Shown: positions 1-6,606 of the stretch, piece after piece
Layout of the letters: the number at the start of each line of letters is the position of its first letter
Position numbering within the stretch: the stretch's first letter is position 1
DNA from: Gemmatimonadales bacterium
GTDB taxonomy: Bacteria; Gemmatimonadota; Gemmatimonadetes; Gemmatimonadales; GWC2-71-9
Assembly: GCA_039794085.1 (NCBI GenBank)
Contig: JBDIWC010000062.1
Span: 1-19,568 of the forward strand
Length of the DNA stretch: 19,568 nucleotides
Direction: 5' to 3'
The notes under the pieces: model-generated
The model's input: the letters and a program-made list of their open reading frames with translations, nothing else
Database searches by the model: none
What the model was told of the DNA's origin: nothing
Made by a program: the position numbers and the translations under genes

Positions 1-164
1 CGGACGCGAGGCTGGACCCCGGTGGACGCGGTAGCCCTCAATCCACCCAAGCAGGAATCAACCCACGCGGCCACTCCCGAAGCGGCCGCATGAAGGCTCA
101 TGCGACAACTATCTTGACATTTACCGGTGCCTGCACGTCGCAGAGCCCGCCGTGACCAAGCGAT

Positions 165-298
165 TGGTGTTTCCCGGGGCTGACGCCCCTTGCTCGGCCA
201 GGGGAGGTGGCTCACGCCACCGAGGAGCCCGGGCGAACACCCGGCCGTGTGAACGGCCTCTCGCCGCCGAGCCCGGGGCGAAAGCCCCGGGGAAACCA
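165..298. other. Dense multi-hairpin structured region (candidate ncRNA or ssDNA structure)
   Basis: Stems GGGGC-TGAC-GCCCC (176-189), GGTGGC-TCAC-GCCACC (206-221), CCGGG-CGAACA-CCCGG (229-244), GGCCGT-GTGA-ACGGCC (243-258) and CCCGGGGC-GAAA-GCCCCGGG (272-291). Long-range pairs GCTCGGC(192-198)/GCCGAGC(266-272) and imperfect TGGTGTTTCCC(165-175)/GGGAAACCA(290-298). No credible CDS here. Confidence 0.45.
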
Positions 299-398
299 CG
301 CGACCCCGAGGCGCCTCTTTGGTTCCGGCTGTGCCGGCCTAGGGAAGTCCGCAATGCTCGTCACGCATCGCAGTTCATCAGGTGGCCACGGGTGGGGA

Positions 399-899
399 TC
401 AAGCGGCCCGCCCGGATGCGGCAGAGCGAAGAGTCTGAATGCACCAGTGCCACACGGCTGCATAGGCCTCGCGCTTCGCATCGGTGTCGAGCATGGTCCA
501 GGCAACCTTCACGTACGTTTCAGTTTTTCGCTCCGGTCCGACCAGATCCCCGAGCTGATCCAGTACACGGAGGCGATATCCTTCCACATCGAAGGCGCAG
601 CCCTTGAGCGCCTCCCTGACCTGGCGGAAGTTCAGGTCCGGCGCCGCCACTGGCGATAGCGTCCCGACCCTGATCAGCTTTGGAGAACGGGTAAGGGTGC
701 GCGGTACCTTCAATACGATGTGCCTGTGCGGCTTCTTGCTCGTGGCCGGCATGCTGCAATGCAGATCCGCACCCTCCGCATTCGCCCTGTGCAGCATTTC
801 GTCCAGTACCATGGCCGCCTTCCGAACCCCGTCCGCCTTTTCGGGATCAGCAGGTAGGGCAGCGAAGAAGGTAATAGGCAGGAACGCTGGCTGGGACAT
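399..899 (-). CDS. Hypothetical protein (~166 aa)
   Basis: ORF track 399..1013. The ATG at 899 (MSQPAFLPITFF) has GGAGG 8 nt upstream. An alternative GTG at 1013 overlaps the NYN stop. Protein-like composition; no family recognised. Confidence 0.6.
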   Translation of the reverse strand: MSQPAFLPITFFAALPADPEKADGVRKAAMVLDEMLHRANAEGADLHCSMPATSKKPHRHIVLKVPRTLTRSPKLIRVGTLSPVAAPDLNFRQVREALKGCAFDVEGYRLRVLDQLGDLVGPERKTETYVKVAWTMLDTDAKREAYAAVWHWCIQTLRSAASGRAA

Positions 900-1009
900 C
901 TGATGAACCTCCGCTCTCTGGAAAGGTAAGACATCGCTTTGGTGATCGTTGTGACTGCATCTCGCCCCCTCTGACCCCCTTGGGGTAACCCCCGGTTCCA
1001 TGAGCGCAC

Positions 1010-1618
1010 TCACTCCGGAGCCACCAGGGTCTCCATCATGTCATCGAGAAACAGGTGATTCCAGCAGGCGTTCCGCAGTTCGTTGGCGTGGCCCCGAAAC
1101 CACACATGGGTTACCTGCTTCATCCGCCCGCCGAGGAACTCAACAGCCGGAACATGATCGGCATCTCCAGCCAGAAGCAACGCCCTGTCGTAATGGTCGT
1201 CGAGTCCGTAGCGGATCATGTCGGTCACGATGGCCGTGTCCACTCCCTTCTCGACTGTGCGTCGAAGGGCCTTTCCGCAATGTGGGCAATCCACGATCGG
1301 CATCCGGCAGCCGTCACTGGAGCACCGTTGCGGGTTCAGCGCCTTCCGCTCCTTGACCACGACGGTATATCCTGGGAAGCCGTCCATCGTATTCACAAGA
1401 AATCTCTTCAGGGATGCATCCTTCACGCTTGCAGGATCATAAGACGCATAGACGTGAGTTCCCGCATAGACGGCACTGGAATCCACGGCAGCGACCAGAG
1501 TGGTGTACAATACGGGATGCCAGGGAATCCGCACCACGGACTCCCGCCCTCGCCGCGTGAAATACTCATTCCACGCCAGCTGAAGATTCCAGAAATCAAC
1601 AAAGATTTTTACACGCAT
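1010..1618 (-). CDS. NYN domain (LabA/DUF88, PIN-fold) ribonuclease with Zn-ribbon insertion, 202 aa
   Basis: N-terminal IFVDFWN, EKGVD and LLLAGDADH acidic motifs typical of NYN. CSSDGC...CPHCG insertion just before EKGVD. RBS GAGGAG 6 nt upstream of the ATG. Confidence 0.9.
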   Translation of the reverse strand: MRVKIFVDFWNLQLAWNEYFTRRGRESVVRIPWHPVLYTTLVAAVDSSAVYAGTHVYASYDPASVKDASLKRFLVNTMDGFPGYTVVVKERKALNPQRCSSDGCRMPIVDCPHCGKALRRTVEKGVDTAIVTDMIRYGLDDHYDRALLLAGDADHVPAVEFLGGRMKQVTHVWFRGHANELRNACWNHLFLDDMMETLVAPE

Positions 1619-1687
1619 TGGATGCTCCTCGAGTTGTGGTTGCGTTCAGGGTCGCAGAATCGCGAAAAAACCACACAATGTGGTTCC

Positions 1688-1717
1688 AAAGAAAACGGGG
1701 AGCCTGGCGGCCCCCCG
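1688..1717 (-). terminator. Intrinsic terminator in the NYN leader
   Basis: Minus strand CGGGGGGCC-GCCA-GGCTCCCCG (9-bp stem, one G-U) followed by TTTTCTTT. Confidence 0.8.
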
Positions 1718-1767
1718 GGGATATAATTCTCTCAGAGTCGGAAACTCCGAGAGGGGATTTAATGTGA
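1688..1767 (-). ncRNA. Putative ~80-nt structured small RNA or attenuator leader upstream of the NYN RNase
   Basis: Bounded by a promoter (1773-1801) and a terminator (1688-1717). Contains hairpin CTCTCGGAGT-TTCCG-ACTCTGAGAG (1753-1729; its G-U pair forms only on the minus strand). Confidence 0.55.
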
Positions 1768-1772
1768 ACAGT

Positions 1773-1801
1773 AATCTAGCACCCACGGATCAGGCTGTCA
1801 A
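1773..1801 (-). promoter_or_regulatory. Sigma70-type promoter
   Basis: TTGACA (1801-1796), 17-nt spacer, TAGATT (1778-1773), with extended -10 TGn. Confidence 0.75.
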
Positions 1802-1848
1802 GACCGAGGTATGGGACCCCCGCTTCCAGCCGGAAAGGACTCTACACT

Positions 1849-1934
1849 CACCACAGAGGCACAGAGGGGTTCCGTGGATCTATCGTGCATTCTCAGCACC
1901 TCTTTTCTTCTGTGCCCTCTGTGCCTCTGTGGTG
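1849..1934. repeat. Perfect 20-bp inverted-repeat element (REP/MITE-like) overlapping the HNH 3' end
   Basis: CACCACAGAGGCACAGAGGG (1849-1868) and its exact reverse complement (1915-1934), with a 46-nt spacer. The arms are built from tandem CACAGAGG units. Confidence 0.85.
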
Positions 1935-2722
1935 CACTGGAATACGTGCTCCCGGTGCCACTTGAGGTACACCCCATGCCCCGGCGCGAGCCCGCGGACC
2001 CGCACCGCTCCCCCGTCGACCCCGAGCACCCGCCGTTCCACCGCGCCGAGCGAGCGCGACACCAGCACCACGCCGTCCTCCCCCACCGCGATCAGCCCCG
2101 CGTCGAATGCCGCGTCGAGGTGCGCCACCAGCAGCAGCCCGTTGTGCACGTCCAGCCGCTCCCGGTCGGTGGCGTCCTTCCACGGCTTGGCGTGGGACGC
2201 CCGGAGCAGCGCCTGTTCGGTGCACCCGGTAATGGCGCAGCGGCCGCCCCAGTACTGTTCCAGCGCGGCCCGGAAGTGGTCCTGGCCCACCCGCTGCAGC
2301 ACCTCCGCCAGCCGCTCCGTCTCACCCTGTCCCTCTGTGGCCTGCTCCGCATCCGCCACCTCCCGTTCCCAGCGCCGGAGCACCTGGTCGGGGAGGACGT
2401 GGCCCAGGATCGCGATCCGGCGGCAGAGCCGGTCGAGGGCCTGCCAGTCGGTGCAGTGCCAGCGGCCGGCGGCTCCCTCCGGGGCCGTGCCTTCCACCGG
2501 AGCGGCGCCTGCCACGGGCCCCACCTCCGCGGTGACGGCGGCGGGAGCGGCGGCGGCCCGGATCCCGCCCCCGTCACCGCCGGCGTCCATGGCGAGCCAG
2601 AGTGTCGCGAGGTTGCCGCTGGCGCGGAACACGAGCCACTCCCCCGCGTGGTCGGGGCCGAGATCGAACCCCGCATCCCGGGCCCGCATCCGCAGCAGCG
2701 TCTCATCCTGATGGCTCGGCAT
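1880..2722 (-). CDS. HNH endonuclease (HNH_2-like), ~280 aa, last gene of the helicase-methylase operon
   Basis: QRVGQDHFRAALEQYWGGRCAITG...LLRASHAKPW...NGLLLVAHLDAAFD signature. The ATG at 2722 overlaps the methylase stop (TGATG). Confidence 0.9.
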   Translation of the reverse strand: MPSHQDETLLRMRARDAGFDLGPDHAGEWLVFRASGNLATLWLAMDAGGDGGGIRAAAAPAAVTAEVGPVAGAAPVEGTAPEGAAGRWHCTDWQALDRLCRRIAILGHVLPDQVLRRWEREVADAEQATEGQGETERLAEVLQRVGQDHFRAALEQYWGGRCAITGCTEQALLRASHAKPWKDATDRERLDVHNGLLLVAHLDAAFDAGLIAVGEDGVVLVSRSLGAVERRVLGVDGGAVRVRGLAPGHGVYLKWHREHVFQCTTEAQRAQKKRGAENAR

Positions 2723-5700
2723 CACCGGGTCCCGACCAACCGGTCCCACGCCTCGAGAACGAGGCGTCGTGTTCGGTACTCACCGTACTTCTGGAGTTCT
2801 CCGTCACGGAGACCTCTGAAGGTCTCGCTCGGGTAATCCTCACCATAACAATCTTGCGGCGACAGGACATACTCCAGATCTTGTCGCGTGAGCCCATACC
2901 TACTTGCAACAATCGCGTCGAGTTCTGCCTGGAGGACCACCCTACGTTCCGGATCCCATGCGTACGGACCTCGGCCAGATCTCCAAGCATTCTGGCCGAG
3001 CTTCCGCATTGCTTCGGCAACCTCCTCATAGAATGGCGTGAGGTGTACACTGGTGAAGGATAACTCCAAGACCCGAGACACCACTTCGGTCACGAGATGT
3101 ATGGGCCATGTCTCGGGAGGAGGAACAGCGAGTTGGCGTAGATAGGTATAAGTCAGGTGGAGGCCAGTAATCTTGAGTCTCGCAACGTAGTCACACGTTA
3201 GGGAATTGAGCGTGGCCAGCAGAACCGCCGACGTCATGCCGGAACTACCAGCGATAGCCCGGTCGGTGAAGATCAGAGGAGCTGTGTGGCCAACTGCCAC
3301 CCTGGGGATCAAGGATGTGATTACCGTCCTCTCATTCGTGGGAGCTGTGATGTCCTTGAACGCCAAGAACCAATTGCGATCGGTCCTTGTCCGTAGGCGC
3401 TCTATGACGACTGCTTCAGGCACCCAGTAGTACGGCCGCACGGTGTACTCAGGATCTTGGTACTTCTCGATCGGTGTTTCCGGCAGAACCCGGTAACCGC
3501 GCCCATCGTCCCGGGTCTCGAACGAGCCAAAACGGTGGTCGTACTGGTGGATCATCTTGGCCTCGTACAGCGGCACCAGCCCCGGCCCCGGCTCCGTCTC
3601 GAACAGATCCGAATCGTTTGACATGTCGAACAGTCTTGCGAACGAAATCCCCCACGGGTTCCCGTCCTCCCGGGTCTCATCCCAGAGCACCGGCACGTTC
3701 CGGTAGATCTTGGCCGTGAGCTCGGCGTCCGCCCGGGACCGGAAGATCGGAGCCGTCCCGGTGTTCGGATTGAGCCGCCTCAAATCCTCGGCAGAGAGCG
3801 TGAAGAGCCGCCGCGCATCGAACCGCTGCTCCGGCCGGGTCAGGAAGAAGGCGAACGACGGCTCCTCCACCGCCCCGATGGTGAGGAGACAGAACTTCTG
3901 GCGCGAATCCACAGCCGGAAAGAGTCCCTCCCGGTTCTCGAAGTCCACCAGCGACACCAGCCTTCCCTCGGCCACATGCCGGAAGAACGGCGCCGTCCCC
4001 GCATCGCTCGCGATCCCAGAGGGCAGCACCATCCCCGCCCTCCCCTCGTGGCGCCGGAGCCGCAACCCCGTCTCGGCAAAGAGGGCATACAGATTGACGT
4101 CCCCCACGCCGGTGAGCGGGAACCGCCCGCTGTCGTGCGCAAAGACACTCGCCCCTTCCGCCTCCTGTTTCGCCGCCTCGAACCGATCGAACAGACGTCG
4201 TTCGGCGCTTCCCGCGGGCGCCCTGCCCAGCTCCTCGATGAGCGTCTGCCGGCGGGACTTGTTCTGCGCCGCGGCAATCTCGGGTGCCCGGCTCTCGAAG
4301 AACTCCTTCTCCTGCAGCTTGAGCTTTTCCCAAGGGGGGTTCCCCACCACGCAGTCGAACCCGCCCCGCGCCATCACCGGCGCGAAGGTGATGGGCCAGT
4401 GCAGGAAGGGCACGCCCGCTGCCACCCGGCGCACCTCGTGCCGGACCGCCTCGTGCGGCGGGATCCCCTGGGCCAGGTTCCGGAGAGTCCCGGTCGTGGG
4501 CACCGGAGCCCCGGGGTGCTTGGGGATGAGAAATGCGGCGACATACGCGTCGCACGCGAAGCGGAACCGGTCATCCTCCCCGGCCCAGGTCTCCTGCAAC
4601 GCCTTCCGCTTGGCCCCGATCTCCTCCAGCGTGCCGTCCGGCATCGCGTTCACCGCCGCCAGCCGCTCGGCCCACGCCGAGGAGTCGAAGGTCATGGTGT
4701 ACTGCCCCGCGTCCCGCTCCTCCTTCAGCGCCTTCCGCTGTTTGGCGTTCTCCTTCCGCAGGTCGCCGGCCGTCTTCCTGTCATCGCCGGTGAGGGGCTT
4801 GAACGCGGCGTCGGGGATCCCGCCCTCGAGCACCGCCGGGTCGAGGATGCCGAGAATCGCGTCTCCATGCACCAGGTGGTGATCCAGAAACGCCAGCGGC
4901 TTGCCCGGTTCCATCGCCTCCAGCCAGAGGGCAATCCGGGCCAGTTCCACCGCCATGGGGTTCTTGTCCACCCCGTGGATGCAGCGCGCCATCACCTCGC
5001 GGAGCGCCGCGCGGTATTCCCGGTGCCCGGGGGTCCCGTCGCTCCGGAGCCGGGCCAGGTGCGCCGCGAGCCGCCGGGCGGCGCCGAGCAGGAAGTGGCC
5101 GCTGCCGCAGGCGGGGTCGAGCACGGCGAGGTTGAGCAGCGCCTCCTCGGGGTGGGCGGCCCGCAGGGCGCGGTCCACCACCGGGTCGAGCGCGGTGTCG
5201 AGCAGGGCCTGCACCAGGGAATCGGGGGTGTAGTAACTCCCGGTGAGCTTCCGCGCGTGCCCGGTTCCCGCCGCCTCCTCCCCATCGCCCAGAAAGCCGA
5301 ACCCGCTCGCCCCCTCGTCCACCCGCGGCACCAGTTCGAGGAGCGATTCGTACACCGAGCCGAACTCCTCGGTCCCCATGTCCCGCCAGTTGACCCTCAC
5401 CCGGGCATGGTTCTGCTCCAGCCAGGTGAGGCGGAAGAGCGCCTGGAACAGGGCGGCGTTGCCGAGCCGGGCGGTGTCGAGGTCGGGGCATTGATCGGTG
5501 GCGAAGAGCCCGCCCAGGGCCGGGAGCGCCAGGAGCGGCTCCCCGGCGGCGCAGCCGCGGAACACCACCCGGAGTCCGATCCAGGAGTCGTCGTGCCGGT
5601 CATGGGCGCGGCGGCGCGCGGCCCGTTCCCGCAGCCGCCGGAGGGAGTACCCCTCGTCATAGGCGCGCGATGCGTCGTCCGCGCTCCCCGGCGGGTGCAG

Positions 5701-6606
5701 CAGGTCCCGCTCCTCGGCCACCAGCAGAAAGATGATGCGGTAGACGAGCCGCAGGAGCTGCTGATGGTATCCCGACGCATCGAGTTGGCCATTCGTGAGG
5801 CGGTGGCGGAGCGCCTCATTGGCGGGATGCGCCAGGAATCCGTTGCCGAGGGTGCGGAGCGCCGCCTCGACACCATCCCGCAGCTTGTCCCGCGCCGCGA
5901 CTCCGGCCGCCAGCGACTCTTCGCGCCACCGTTCGAGAATCGCCTCATGCGCCAGGCCCGATCGGGCGGCAAACCGGGACTGGTGCAGGAGGAGCCAGAG
6001 GAGGGAGAAGTCGGCGTAGCGCTGCTCTCCCATGATCCGGCCAAGATCGGCCTCGATCCAGGCGGGCCGGGTGAGGGAGGCGTTGTCCCGCACCAGCCGG
6101 AGGAGCCGTCCGTTGGTCACCACTCCCCAGAGCGCCTTCTCCGAGGCGTTGAGGTACTCCTGCACCAGCCCGAACGGAGACCTCCTCTTCCCGTCGCCAA
6201 ACTGGGCGGCGCCCTGGTCGAGGTCGTGACCCGGAGGAGCCACCACGACGGGCACCTGCTCCCCCGCGGCGAGGCCGGTCAGAGGAAAGAGCCGGTCATC
6301 CACCACGACGGGAGTGTTCACCGGCTCCAGCGAGTGCCATCCGAAGGCCTGGGTGAGGAGTGCCAGCACGGCGCGCCGGTGGGCCGCCTCGTTCCCCGAC
6401 CCATCCACATCCTTCCAGTGCGCAGCCGCGATGCGCCAGGCCCGGCCGATCTCGTCCCGAATGGTGATGCCCCGCGGGACCTCGTAGTGCTTCTCCTTCT
6501 GGTGTTCGGCCCCGAGTGCCGCGACCCGTGCCAGGTAATCGGGGGTGAAGAGTCCCCCCTCGATGGAAACCGCCTCGAACATGACGTGGGGTGCGCGGCG
6601 GGTCAT
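2722..6606 (-). CDS. Large N6-adenine DNA methyltransferase (type IIG/Eco57I-like, DrmMI-like) with C-terminal target-recognition region, ~1294 aa
   Basis: GSYYTP, motif I LDPACGSGHFL, motif IV VGNPPW, FGSVYESLLE and WGVVTNG. The ATG at 6606 overlaps the SNF2 stop (ATGA); the ORF-track start at 6801 is a likely over-extension. Confidence 0.93.
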   Translation of the reverse strand: MTRRAPHVMFEAVSIEGGLFTPDYLARVAALGAEHQKEKHYEVPRGITIRDEIGRAWRIAAAHWKDVDGSGNEAAHRRAVLALLTQAFGWHSLEPVNTPVVVDDRLFPLTGLAAGEQVPVVVAPPGHDLDQGAAQFGDGKRRSPFGLVQEYLNASEKALWGVVTNGRLLRLVRDNASLTRPAWIEADLGRIMGEQRYADFSLLWLLLHQSRFAARSGLAHEAILERWREESLAAGVAARDKLRDGVEAALRTLGNGFLAHPANEALRHRLTNGQLDASGYHQQLLRLVYRIIFLLVAEERDLLHPPGSADDASRAYDEGYSLRRLRERAARRRAHDRHDDSWIGLRVVFRGCAAGEPLLALPALGGLFATDQCPDLDTARLGNAALFQALFRLTWLEQNHARVRVNWRDMGTEEFGSVYESLLELVPRVDEGASGFGFLGDGEEAAGTGHARKLTGSYYTPDSLVQALLDTALDPVVDRALRAAHPEEALLNLAVLDPACGSGHFLLGAARRLAAHLARLRSDGTPGHREYRAALREVMARCIHGVDKNPMAVELARIALWLEAMEPGKPLAFLDHHLVHGDAILGILDPAVLEGGIPDAAFKPLTGDDRKTAGDLRKENAKQRKALKEERDAGQYTMTFDSSAWAERLAAVNAMPDGTLEEIGAKRKALQETWAGEDDRFRFACDAYVAAFLIPKHPGAPVPTTGTLRNLAQGIPPHEAVRHEVRRVAAGVPFLHWPITFAPVMARGGFDCVVGNPPWEKLKLQEKEFFESRAPEIAAAQNKSRRQTLIEELGRAPAGSAERRLFDRFEAAKQEAEGASVFAHDSGRFPLTGVGDVNLYALFAETGLRLRRHEGRAGMVLPSGIASDAGTAPFFRHVAEGRLVSLVDFENREGLFPAVDSRQKFCLLTIGAVEEPSFAFFLTRPEQRFDARRLFTLSAEDLRRLNPNTGTAPIFRSRADAELTAKIYRNVPVLWDETREDGNPWGISFARLFDMSNDSDLFETEPGPGLVPLYEAKMIHQYDHRFGSFETRDDGRGYRVLPETPIEKYQDPEYTVRPYYWVPEAVVIERLRTRTDRNWFLAFKDITAPTNERTVITSLIPRVAVGHTAPLIFTDRAIAGSSGMTSAVLLATLNSLTCDYVARLKITGLHLTYTYLRQLAVPPPETWPIHLVTEVVSRVLELSFTSVHLTPFYEEVAEAMRKLGQNAWRSGRGPYAWDPERRVVLQAELDAIVASRYGLTRQDLEYVLSPQDCYGEDYPSETFRGLRDGELQKYGEYRTRRLVLEAWDRLVGTR

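Noticed and set aside
165..298. tRNA or known riboswitch
   Set aside because: No T-loop (GTTCRA) or D-loop consensus, no CCA end, and no aptamer consensus I recognise.
121..659. Short ORFs 121..354, 152..607, 207..659 and 212..505
   Set aside because: No motifs or clear RBS; they overlap the hairpin cluster or the opposite-strand gene.
1849..1934. CRISPR array or IS element
   Set aside because: Only one inverted pair, with no direct repeat-spacer series, cas genes or transposase.
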